From Candidatus Babeliales bacterium (GTDB taxonomy: Bacteria; Babelota; Babeliae; Babelales; Chromulinivoraceae): 64,000 nt of DNA. Positions 49,609 to 57,928 of this stretch are shown here, in pieces; position 1 is the stretch's first letter; every line of letters begins with the position of its first letter. The position numbers and the translations under genes are program-made. The notes below the pieces were generated by a model. The model was given only the letters and a program-made list of their open reading frames with translations. It had not been told where the DNA came from and did no database searches. The DNA lies in assembly GCA_041660205.1 (NCBI GenBank), contig JBAZWT010000003.1, positions 7,948 through 71,947 on the forward strand, in the 5' to 3' direction.

Positions 49609-50436
49609 ATGTTTGCTTTTACCAAATTAACCAACCATGGATCATCGCATCCTATCCAAGCACGAATAGCTATTTTTTTATATGAACTCATACAAAAAAC
49701 AGACCTCACAACTATACAAAAAGATAGCCTCTCCAAGCTTTCGTATGATTTAGCCCAAGATTTAATTGAAGCAGAAAAGTACGGCTTAAACTTACTGAAC
49801 GATATAAAAAGAATCAATCATGACTGGCTAGAGAAAAATAATGATTTTCTCAAAAATCAACCTCTTACTTCATATCAATCTCTAACCTCTCCCAAAGACA
49901 TTCTAATTTTTTTAAAGAATGCAAAATCATCATTAAGAAAAGTTGGAACAATTATCGGCATAATTTTTGAAAAGGACCGAGAGGCTGCTCTTGATAAAAA
50001 GACAACCAACAAACACCCTTGGTATCAAGCCTACAAAAAGGGTAACTTTCAAGAGATTCTAAATGATCTCAAAAAACAATTAAAAGCAGACCTAAATCAC
50101 CCATTGCCTAAAATAATTCAAGATTATAGCAATTGGTTAGAATTCATTAGTTTTTTTCGTGATGAAGATGAACATCCAAAGACTTTCGACGATTTCATCC
50201 AAAATTATAAAATAACGCGTTCAAATGATTTCTATACGCTCGCAAAACCGCAATTTCAAGATGGAACAGATGTCGAATTGTTTTTAGAAAAATCACTACG
50301 GTACTTGCTCTTGTTTTCAGAAGAAATATGTATACTCTCTCTTTTAGAAAAAACTGATAGCCTATACCAATTATTGGAAATCGCAGAAAACGATCGCGAC
50401 AAGGCGTGTCCAAAAAAATTTAAATTTGCTATCTAA
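49609..50436 (+). CDS. Hypothetical all-helical cytoplasmic protein with an R-x4-H motif (candidate HEPN/Abi-like)
   Basis: 275 aa with no signal peptide. FISFFRDEDEHPKTF contains RDEDEH. No other motif recognised. Confidence 0.4.
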   Translation: MFAFTKLTNHGSSHPIQARIAIFLYELIQKTDLTTIQKDSLSKLSYDLAQDLIEAEKYGLNLLNDIKRINHDWLEKNNDFLKNQPLTSYQSLTSPKDILIFLKNAKSSLRKVGTIIGIIFEKDREAALDKKTTNKHPWYQAYKKGNFQEILNDLKKQLKADLNHPLPKIIQDYSNWLEFISFFRDEDEHPKTFDDFIQNYKITRSNDFYTLAKPQFQDGTDVELFLEKSLRYLLLFSEEICILSLLEKTDSLYQLLEIAENDRDKACPKKFKFAI

Positions 50437-50446
50437 AATACGCAAA

Positions 50447-50719
50447 TTAACTCATAATTCCCTTTTTCAATAAATCCGCAAAACAAGCCCTAAACCAGGC
50501 TGCCACTTTTGTGACTATTGAGTAAGAACTATTCATGCGTTTGCGATATGTGATTTTTAATGCTCCCGAAACAGGCTCCGCCATTATACCCAAAGGCTCT
50601 ACCCTAAAAAACCGCCCTTGCTTGTTTTTGTATAACTCAAAAGAATCTATAGATTGCAGATTTGAACATAATTTTCTTGAAACATGCTGCTTTTTCTCCC
50701 AATAAACAGACCAATTCAT
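50447..50719 (-). CDS. Small hypothetical protein
   Basis: Start at ATG 50719, 4 nt after GGAGGG. 90 aa. Convergent with 49609-50436. No family recognised. Confidence 0.35.
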   Translation of the reverse strand: MNWSVYWEKKQHVSRKLCSNLQSIDSFELYKNKQGRFFRVEPLGIMAEPVSGALKITYRKRMNSSYSIVTKVAAWFRACFADLLKKGIMS

Positions 50720-51067
50720 AGAGCCCTCCATAACAATCGAAATAGATAAACAAATCGCTCCCAAGACATAGCGTCCAATCTTATATTACAATAATATATT
50801 TATTTTTTATAAAACAGCTCTCTCTGCAGAGTCTTAATTAAATGATTGGGGGGCTGTTGCACGAAGTTCTTCATGAATTAATATAATAGTGGGGATTAGT
50901 AGTTACTTATTGCCTATTTAAAGAGATTTTGATTTATTATGTTTAAAAAATTTTTCAAATTTGTGTTATGGATGCACGGCATCGCATTTCCGCCATATGC
51001 TTTGTATTGGTTACTATACAGAAAGTAAATTATCAATATGTCCTGTAGGGGGACTTTAGGAGGCATT

Positions 51068-51385
51068 ATGAAAAAAGTATCATCCAATGATTCAAAAAAC
51101 ATGTTGTATATTGCGGCATCGATAGGGATCATCATTTTTGCTGGCTCAAAATTTTTGAATGAGTATTCAAGTTTTCAAAAAAAACGAACCATGGATAATG
51201 ATTATAGGCAAAAATTAAAATGGCAGCATGAATGTGCAAAGGAACATAAAACCGATGTTATGTGGGAATATACCCAACGGCAAATCAAGGAAATAAGGTC
51301 AAAAATGCTTCATGATGGATATAGTCATTCTGCTATAGATAAATTAGACACAGACACGTTTCTAGGAGTTCATAATTGTATTTAG
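51068..51385 (+). CDS. Small single-pass membrane protein, array member 1
   Basis: Start at ATG 51068 after TAGGAGG. TM segment MLYIAASIGIIIFAG. C-terminal motif KMLHDGYSHSAIDKL is shared with members 2 and 3. Confidence 0.55.
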   Translation: MKKVSSNDSKNMLYIAASIGIIIFAGSKFLNEYSSFQKKRTMDNDYRQKLKWQHECAKEHKTDVMWEYTQRQIKEIRSKMLHDGYSHSAIDKLDTDTFLGVHNCI

Positions 51386-51424
51386 CAAAGTCATAACTTA
51401 GTATCATCGCACAGGAGGTTTCAC

Positions 51425-51832
51425 ATGGAACAACGATCAATCACTAAACCAAAAAACATACTATACATAGCTATTGCCTTAGGCATAGGCACATTAATTT
51501 GCATAAAATTATATAAAACATTCGAAGAGATAAAGCTCCATAAGAATAAAGTCCGCGATAGAATCGGAATGGATTTATTTTATGAGAATAAAATAGAATA
51601 TTTTTATTTACTAGGGAAGGAGCATCCTGATATCACTTATGATAATTTACAAGTTCCCATCAACGAATGGAAATCAAGAATGCTTTCTGATGGGTATAAA
51701 TACTATGAAATTGACAAAATAGCTCAATCCGCTCGAGAAAATGCTTCAATAAGATATAAAGAAAAAAAACAATTTCATCAAACTTGTGACGCCTTAGTAA
51801 CTTATTTAGAAAAACTAGACAATGAAGAATAA
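51425..51832 (+). CDS. Small single-pass membrane protein, array member 2
   Basis: AGGAGG Shine-Dalgarno. MEQRSITKPKNILYIAIALGIGTLICIKLYKT. Motif RMLSDGYKYYEIDKI. Confidence 0.6.
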   Translation: MEQRSITKPKNILYIAIALGIGTLICIKLYKTFEEIKLHKNKVRDRIGMDLFYENKIEYFYLLGKEHPDITYDNLQVPINEWKSRMLSDGYKYYEIDKIAQSARENASIRYKEKKQFHQTCDALVTYLEKLDNEE

Positions 51833-51856
51833 ACTATAATCTATAGGGGGTTTCAC

Positions 51857-52282
51857 ATGGAACAAAAATCATACAATCAACCAAAAAAGATATTATATCT
51901 ATCTATTTCTTTGGCAATAGTCACTTTCTCTGGCATAAAGCTATATAAAACATGGCAAGAAATACAAACGAAAAAAGAAGTAGATCAAAAAAGAAAATAT
52001 GCTCATTCAGCATATGAACATAAAAAACAACAACAGGAAAATAAAAATCGAATGGACAATTTCTATCTAAACGAATTCAAAAAAAAGAGCGAAAACTTTT
52101 GGATAGCTACATGCATGAATCCTGATTATGCACCTACTTATCTAAGAGAAATAGAGGCTGATGAAGCAAAGATTGAAAATAAAATGTATCAAGACGGTTA
52201 TTCTAATATGGATATTGGAATAATTAAAAACAAAGCTAGACAATTGGCTACAGAAGTTTTGAAGAATTTTAAAAAAACATAA
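51857..52282 (+). CDS. Small single-pass membrane protein, array member 3
   Basis: GGGGG Shine-Dalgarno. MEQKSYNQPKKILYLSISLAIVTFSGIKLYKT. Motif KMYQDGYSNMDIGII. Confidence 0.6.
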   Translation: MEQKSYNQPKKILYLSISLAIVTFSGIKLYKTWQEIQTKKEVDQKRKYAHSAYEHKKQQQENKNRMDNFYLNEFKKKSENFWIATCMNPDYAPTYLREIEADEAKIENKMYQDGYSNMDIGIIKNKARQLATEVLKNFKKT

Positions 52283-52312
52283 TAAAAAATACTTAATCAA
52301 AAGGGATCAAAA

Positions 52313-52588
52313 ATGAATAGAGCAACAATCTACTCATTCATAGTTCTTTTATTAGGGCTACAATTTCAGGCATTAGACGCTAAAAAGAAAAGCTTAAGCT
52401 TTAATCAACCATCAAAGCCAGTAAAAACAACAAAGAAAAAACCTTATGTAAAAAAAACTATCCACGAAGGCTTAGGCAAAAGAAGTAAAAAAAATGGAAT
52501 GATAAAAACCAAAAGTGTTTCAAGCCATTTTAAACGCAGCTCTAAAGGAGGAAACACACTGGTCAATGCTTATTCCAGAAGTAAATAA
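52313..52588 (+). CDS. Small exported, extremely basic (Lys-rich) protein inside the array
   Basis: Signal peptide MNRATIYSFIVLLLGLQFQALDA followed by a Lys/Ser-rich region of about 68 aa. Confidence 0.5.
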   Translation: MNRATIYSFIVLLLGLQFQALDAKKKSLSFNQPSKPVKTTKKKPYVKKTIHEGLGKRSKKNGMIKTKSVSSHFKRSSKGGNTLVNAYSRSK

Positions 52589-52610
52589 AATATAATCCAT
52601 AGGAGCCTTC

Positions 52611-53123
52611 ATGGAACAAAAATCATATCAACAACCAAATCAAAAAATGATTAAACAATTTTTATTTATTTTAACAATTTTATCATTCCATGGTGCTTTT
52701 CATGCTTTTCATGAGATATTGCACGATAAATCGATTAAGACTACAAAAGCTTATATTAGTAGTTATACACTAGGCACAAGTTTTACTAATTCACCTATCA
52801 CCCGTAGATGGATGAATAGAAATATACTAAAAACAATGAAGCGTAGAGCCATAAAAGGTCTATTATGGCAAGGCGACAAAGTAATAGTACGCTTTTATAA
52901 CAATCCAACCCAAGAAGAGTATGACATTTATGTTAAATGCCTTAGCACTCAATTATCAGGGATTATGGAGTATAAAATTACATTCACGGATTATATTCTT
53001 ATTAGCTTGAAACATGGGTCTTTTACGCGCGATCAGTTTCAAATTTTTTTAGATAAAATTAACGCATCGATTGAAGATAATGGCGATAAAGAATTAAATG
53101 TTCTAAATCAAGAACATTTTTAA
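52611..53123 (+). CDS. Single-pass membrane protein, array member 4 (shared N-terminus, different C-terminal domain)
   Basis: AGGAG Shine-Dalgarno. MEQKSYQQPNQKMIKQFLFILTILSF. The start region is conserved at the DNA level with members 2 and 3. Confidence 0.55.
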   Translation: MEQKSYQQPNQKMIKQFLFILTILSFHGAFHAFHEILHDKSIKTTKAYISSYTLGTSFTNSPITRRWMNRNILKTMKRRAIKGLLWQGDKVIVRFYNNPTQEEYDIYVKCLSTQLSGIMEYKITFTDYILISLKHGSFTRDQFQIFLDKINASIEDNGDKELNVLNQEHF

Positions 53124-53443
53124 AATAACCCTTATTGCCTTCATAACAAAAACATCGTATTATCAATATAAATCCACAACTTTTTTGGAATATTAACATA
53201 TTTGCAACTTAGACCGCAGTATTTGTGTTAATTGCTCTTTTAATTTTTTCCACTGAAAAGTTCGAAGTGCACACATTGACTGCGACCATTTTTAAAAGAC
53301 TTTTCTTTAACAAGTGCCTTCTTGTCCTGTGCATAGGTGAATACGGTGATTCACTATCCAGGCTGGCACAAAATACCAGACAAAATAATTCTAATCTTAA
53401 CAATTTAAAGTCCATCTATCTCTGCACATGAAAGGGAACTCTC

Positions 53444-53911
53444 ATGACACATATTTGGTTCATCCTAGCCCTATTCTGGCTCTTTTTAGAAATGGGCAAT
53501 CCAGGATTGTTTTATTTTCTTTCCATCGCATTTGGATCTTTTATGGCTTTTGTAGCAAGTCTATACAACCTTGATATTGCAGCACAATGCACCATTTGTC
53601 TTACAGGATCTCTAGGGATGCTTTTTTTATTGCAGACCTATGTGAAAAAAAGTCAAAAAAATAAATCATCCAAAATGTATCAATCAAACATGTACCAACT
53701 CATAGGCAAAACTATAGAAATTACAGAAATAACATCTGCAACTTCTGGTTACGGAAAAATTAACGGAGAAACATGGTCCGTTAAATCACAAGGCAATAAA
53801 AGCTTAACCGTAGGGATGCTTGCAATAATTACAGGCGTTCAAGGTTGTCATTTGCAAATCAATAGTTTAGCAAACGATAGTTTATCAAACGATAGTTTAA
53901 TCAACGATTAA
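53444..53911 (+). CDS. NfeD-family membrane protein
   Basis: N-terminal TM helices plus a C-terminal OB-like LIGKTIEITEITSATSGYGKINGETWSVKS. Directly upstream of the SPFH gene, the classical NfeD-SPFH operon arrangement. Confidence 0.75.
   Translation: MTHIWFILALFWLFLEMGNPGLFYFLSIAFGSFMAFVASLYNLDIAAQCTICLTGSLGMLFLLQTYVKKSQKNKSSKMYQSNMYQLIGKTIEITEITSATSGYGKINGETWSVKSQGNKSLTVGMLAIITGVQGCHLQINSLANDSLSNDSLIND
53861..53908. repeat. Three tandem 15-bp units at the 3' end of the nfeD-like gene
   Basis: aatagtttagcaaac / gatagtttatcaaac / gatagtttaatcaac, encoding NSLAN-DSLSN-DSLIN-D*. Confidence 0.8.
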
Positions 53912-53931
53912 TCCAAGAAAGGGATTTTATT

Positions 53932-54918
53932 ATGTTGTTATTTGAAATTGGAATATTTTTTATTCTACCACTCATAGTGCTCGCAGCACTTATTGCAAAA
54001 AGCACAATACTTGTCAAACAAGCAGAAACCGTGATTATTGAACGACTGGGTAAATTCGATCGAATTTTAACTCCAGGACTTCATTTCATTGTTCCTTTTA
54101 TAGAACAACCCCGTTACTGCCTATGGACGTTTCTTTATTTTTCACCCCATAAACGATATGAAACGTTTTCTAGATATTTTTATCGCATTGATTTAAGAGA
54201 ATCAGTCTATGAATTCCCAAAGCAAAACGTGATCACAAAAGATAACGTTATGATGGAAATTAATGCACTTTTATACTATCAAATCACTGACGTTAAAGCT
54301 GCTGTGTATGAAGTATCAAACCTACCAGAAGCAATTGAAAAAATAACTCAAACGACACTACGTAACGTTATCGGTTCTTTAGACCTTGATGAATCACTTA
54401 TCTCTCGTGATCAAATTAACACGAAACTTCGCATCATCCTTGATGAAGCAACTGATAAATGGGGCGTGAAAATTAACCGCGTTGAGCTGCAAGAAGTAAA
54501 TCCACCGCGCGACATTCAAATTGCCATGGAAAAACAAATGCGCGCAGAAAGGGATCGTCGAGCAATTATTTTAGAAGCTGAAGGCGCAAAACGTTCTGCT
54601 ATTTTAAATGCTGAAGGTGAAAAAGAATCAGAAATTTTAACAGCTCAAGGTCAGGCAGAAGCAAAAATTATTGCAGCCGAAGCTGAAGCATGGTCTCGAT
54701 TAAAATTTGCTGAAGCTGAAGCAAAATCACTTGAAGTCATGAAAGCAGCAATTCCTGGTATAGATCCTGTGCAATATTTAACTGCATTAAAATATATCCA
54801 AGCTTTGCCAGAAATGACAAAAGGCGCGAATAATAAATTGATTATAGTTCCTTACGAAGCTTCAGGACTTGCAAACTCTGTAGCATCAATTAAAAAAATA
54901 TTTGAAGAAGTAAAATAA
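53932..54918 (+). CDS. SPFH/band-7 (stomatin/prohibitin-like) protein
   Basis: N-terminal TM, then ILVKQAETVIIERLGKF, NVITKDNVMMEINALLYYQITD and WGVKINRVELQEVNPP, followed by an Ala/Glu-rich coiled coil. Confidence 0.85.
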   Translation: MLLFEIGIFFILPLIVLAALIAKSTILVKQAETVIIERLGKFDRILTPGLHFIVPFIEQPRYCLWTFLYFSPHKRYETFSRYFYRIDLRESVYEFPKQNVITKDNVMMEINALLYYQITDVKAAVYEVSNLPEAIEKITQTTLRNVIGSLDLDESLISRDQINTKLRIILDEATDKWGVKINRVELQEVNPPRDIQIAMEKQMRAERDRRAIILEAEGAKRSAILNAEGEKESEILTAQGQAEAKIIAAEAEAWSRLKFAEAEAKSLEVMKAAIPGIDPVQYLTALKYIQALPEMTKGANNKLIIVPYEASGLANSVASIKKIFEEVK

Positions 54919-55093
54919 CTTTTCAATATAAAACTCAAAAAACATATGGCTGCCAAAAATGGTGGCCATTTGTTTTTATGCCTATGCACGAGAACAATTC
55001 ACCAAAATTATTCATATATATTTACACTGAAAAATGTTTTGATTAAATTGATTTTCTATACCCAAAATCACAACTCAACCAAAAGGATCTACC

Positions 55094-55567
55094 TTGAAAC
55101 ATTTTTCTACTCTCTGTACAGCGCTACTTTTTTTTGCAACACAGATCAACGCTATCGATTATTCAAAAGAAATAAAAAAAGAATTTGACGAAACAGCAAC
55201 GACTATTGTTGGTAAATTTGAAAAAAACTCTTACACACTTTCAAAAGATTTTGAACAATGCAACAACGCAATAATTCCTCTATTGTGCTACAAAAAAGTT
55301 CTTGCCGATATTGAAGCTGAACAAACAAAAAACTCTAAAGCTTTACGAGACTGTTTTTTGGCAACTATAGGAATTTATACAATAAAAACTATAACAATTT
55401 CTATCGCATCAGCATTGTTACCTCAACGCGGAACAAACACTGTCAGTGACACAATGAACGCAACGCAAACTCCTGTTACATTAAGCCTTTCTGCTTTAAC
55501 AGTAGACCAATGTGCTTTATACTTTTTAGCCTCTAATGTCCGCGAAAAGCTTTCAGTCATACGTTAA
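55094..55567 (+). CDS. Exported hypothetical protein
   Basis: TTG start 7 nt after AAAGGA. Signal peptide MKHFSTLCTALLFFATQINA. Confidence 0.45.
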   Translation: MKHFSTLCTALLFFATQINAIDYSKEIKKEFDETATTIVGKFEKNSYTLSKDFEQCNNAIIPLLCYKKVLADIEAEQTKNSKALRDCFLATIGIYTIKTITISIASALLPQRGTNTVSDTMNATQTPVTLSLSALTVDQCALYFLASNVREKLSVIR

Positions 55568-55643
55568 AAACGTAATCATAAAAAAAGAGCTCTTGAAAAG
55601 ATCGAAAAAATCGGTAGATTGCTAATGTTCACACTTTAAATGT

Positions 55644-55719
55644 CGGGGCGTAGCGCAATTGGTAGCGCACTCGCTTTGGGAGCGAGGGGTTGTGAGTTCA
55701 AGTCTCGCCGCCCCGACCA
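55644..55719 (+). tRNA. tRNA-Pro (anticodon UGG), copy 2, identical to copy 1
   Basis: 76/76 identical to 49444-49519. Confidence 0.9.
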
Positions 55720-55863
55720 GCTTTCGCCAAGGCTTCAGCTGGCACGGCCATCACCGAATGAATTCAAAACTTTAATCAAAAAAATAAATTAAATCTTACA
55801 AGCGAAAGCTGCCCGCCAAAGCTTTAGCGGCGGCTGGGCAATAAAAATAAAAAGTCATTAAGT

Positions 55864-56106
55864 ATGTATTACGTTTATCTTCTTAGATCAATTAATTTTC
55901 CAGACAAAAAATATATCGGATTTACTGATAATTTTTCAGAACGATTACTAACTCATAATTCAGGCAACTCTCCTCATACCAAATTACATAAACCCTGGAA
56001 AACAGAATTGTTAATTGGTTTTGACGATAAAATGAAAGCTGCTGCTTTTGAAAAATATTTAAAATCTGGCGCAGGTCGAGCATTTGCAAAAAAAAGATTT
56101 TGGTAA
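55864..56106 (+). CDS. Stand-alone GIY-YIG nuclease-domain protein (UPF0213/YhbQ-like)
   Basis: MYYVYLLRSINFPDKKYIGFTDNFSERLLTHNSG...PW...AAAFEKYLKSGAGRAF gives the GIY...YIG...R...H/N...E pattern. 80 aa. Confidence 0.8.
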   Translation: MYYVYLLRSINFPDKKYIGFTDNFSERLLTHNSGNSPHTKLHKPWKTELLIGFDDKMKAAAFEKYLKSGAGRAFAKKRFW

Positions 56107-56315
56107 AGCTTTCCTTCAGCATGAAACAAGTGGTCGACAGGCCGACCTTTCAAAATGATTTTTCTTTAATCAGTGCTATTCGCACAAAATATTAAAACTT
56201 AGCTCCATAAACAAATCCTTAAAATAAAACCCCCTACCCCTTTTGCAAAGGGCAATTTTAACAATTAAAATGTTATAGTCTCATATTTTTAATGTTTTGT
56301 TTCTTAGGGGGAACT

Positions 56316-56939
56316 GTGAACAAATTGTATATTTTCACATCTGCGCTATTGTTACTCAATGGATCAACGGCCCATTCAATCGATATTTTTCATGAAATTT
56401 CTCAAGGAAATCTATCTAGAAACACTCAAAGCTGGTTAAAGAGTCCTGAAAGTAAAACTATGGTAAATGACTATGGACAGACCATTTTACATCAAGCGGT
56501 GTTGACAGGAAACATGCGTGTCATAAAACAAATAGCAATCTCTAACGTTGATATTAACGCTCTGGATAAAGATGGAAAAACCGCTTTAGATTATGCTGTT
56601 GATTATGGCTATAAAAGTGCCATCCACTATTTGCTCAAAAAAAATGCTTCTGTTACCACACAGGAAAACGCTTTTTTCATTAAAAAACTGCTCCAGCCAA
56701 TATCAATTATCAATAAAGTAATAAAAACAATATTTATTATAGGGGCAGTTGCCTTCACTTTTGGGATCACACTCCTACTTCTTAGCATCCCGCTAGCATC
56801 ATTAGGAGGCTTATTGGCATTTATACAAGTCGGTCTTCCAGGGCTAGGTATCATAGCGATAAGCGCTCCTTTCCTATCATTGACTAATTATGCCAATATA
56901 CCAATGAACAAATACTACACAATGAAAATTACTGCATAA
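56316..56939 (+). CDS. Ankyrin-repeat protein with signal-like N-terminus and C-terminal TM helices
   Basis: GTG 56316 after GGGGGA. GQTILHQAVLTGNMRVIKQIAISNVDINALDKDGKTALDYAVDYGYKSAIHYLLKKNASV. Two hydrophobic C-terminal segments. Confidence 0.75.
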   Translation: MNKLYIFTSALLLLNGSTAHSIDIFHEISQGNLSRNTQSWLKSPESKTMVNDYGQTILHQAVLTGNMRVIKQIAISNVDINALDKDGKTALDYAVDYGYKSAIHYLLKKNASVTTQENAFFIKKLLQPISIINKVIKTIFIIGAVAFTFGITLLLLSIPLASLGGLLAFIQVGLPGLGIIAISAPFLSLTNYANIPMNKYYTMKITA

Positions 56940-56991
56940 AACGCTTAACAAGTGACTGTTCCAGATAAACTTAATTTTATATTTCAAGATC

Positions 56992-57032
56992 AAAAAAGCT
57001 GGTTGTTATTATTTAACAACCAGCTTTTTTGT
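56992..57032. terminator. Bidirectional rho-independent terminator
   Basis: Stem aaaagctggttgtta / taacaaccagctttt, between convergent genes. Confidence 0.8.
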
Positions 57033-57073
57033 TGAGCTCTTTTTTACACAAACCAAATGGACGCTGTAATCAT

Positions 57074-57604
57074 CTAGGGCAAAGTTGTAACGTAAACATC
57101 GCAAATACGTTCTGTTTTATCGACTTCCATCTTATCAAAATCATCAAAACCAGGATCTCCTGGTTCAAAAAACTTTATTTCTTCTATGCCTATGGTGCAT
57201 TCTCTAACAGCTGCACGTTGAGCAGCGTCAAGAAAATTTTGCAAAATGGGATCCATTGATTTTAAAATGTTTAACTTACAGTTACGAAACGGCAATTTAA
57301 TATTACTGCCTGATAAAATATCAAAGCATAACTGTAATGACATATCCTCAACCCAAATGTATAACGTAACAGGTCCTTTATATTTATTTTTTTTCAATTG
57401 CATAGATTTATAATGCTTGAGTTCTGCAAAAAAGTTTTGCAAATCTTGCAAGGTAACTTTTGCAACAAAGTCATAGTCGAACATAATACCCCAGGTATTA
57501 TAATCAAGTTCTTCCTTTTGCCTAGAAGCTTTTCCAGTTATCAATATATCTTCTTCTAAAAGCTCTTTAAAATCTGAGTGTTTTGTAATTTTTATATAGT
57601 TCAT
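57074..57604 (-). CDS. Hypothetical cytoplasmic protein
   Basis: 176 aa with no signal peptide. Its ATG overlaps (ATGA) the stop of a start-less 44-codon upstream frame. Confidence 0.5.
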   Translation of the reverse strand: MNYIKITKHSDFKELLEEDILITGKASRQKEELDYNTWGIMFDYDFVAKVTLQDLQNFFAELKHYKSMQLKKNKYKGPVTLYIWVEDMSLQLCFDILSGSNIKLPFRNCKLNILKSMDPILQNFLDAAQRAAVRECTIGIEEIKFFEPGDPGFDDFDKMEVDKTERICDVYVTTLP

Positions 57605-57928
57605 GATAAAAATTTAATCTCCGAATATGGTATAAATTTGCCAACTGAACCTTTGTGTTTACCAAGAATTTTTTGTCCTAAAGTATCAGCATCAAAAGTC
57701 CATTCAAATCCTTTTGAAAAATAAGTATTTCTACTTCAAATCATAACAAACCCACTAAAATATCACCACAGATTCCTAACAGGTTTCTATTATTTTCAAA
57801 GTAAGATGATTAAAAAAACTAGATATACTTATTTTTAATTTTTTGCAGATTGCACTTTGCAGAACTTTGGCAAGATGGTACTCTAGACTTCTATAGAGTA
57901 GTTTTTCATAGCACAATCAACGATACCA

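Larger units (their letters stand above)
49520..55643. other. 6.1-kb segment bracketed by identical tRNA-Pro copies (candidate genomic islet or segmental duplication product)
   Basis: The tRNA plus 3 upstream nt are identical at 49441-49519 and 55641-55719. The downstream terminator-like block 49525-49570 recurs at 56115-56160. Confidence 0.5.

Noticed and set aside
50447-50719. Small convergent ORF considered as a remnant of a tRNA-site integrase
   Set aside because: No integrase motifs are recognisable (no R..H-x-x-R..Y catalytic residues and no SAM-like or arm-binding patterns). The idea cannot be supported from the sequence alone.
53124-53443. Overlapping ORFs 53209-53415 (-) and 53225-53431 (+) in a 320-nt spacer
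   Set aside because: They are mutually antisense, have no Shine-Dalgarno and no recognisable features. They are probably non-coding, though the spacer could hold decayed gene remnants or a promoter for nfeD.
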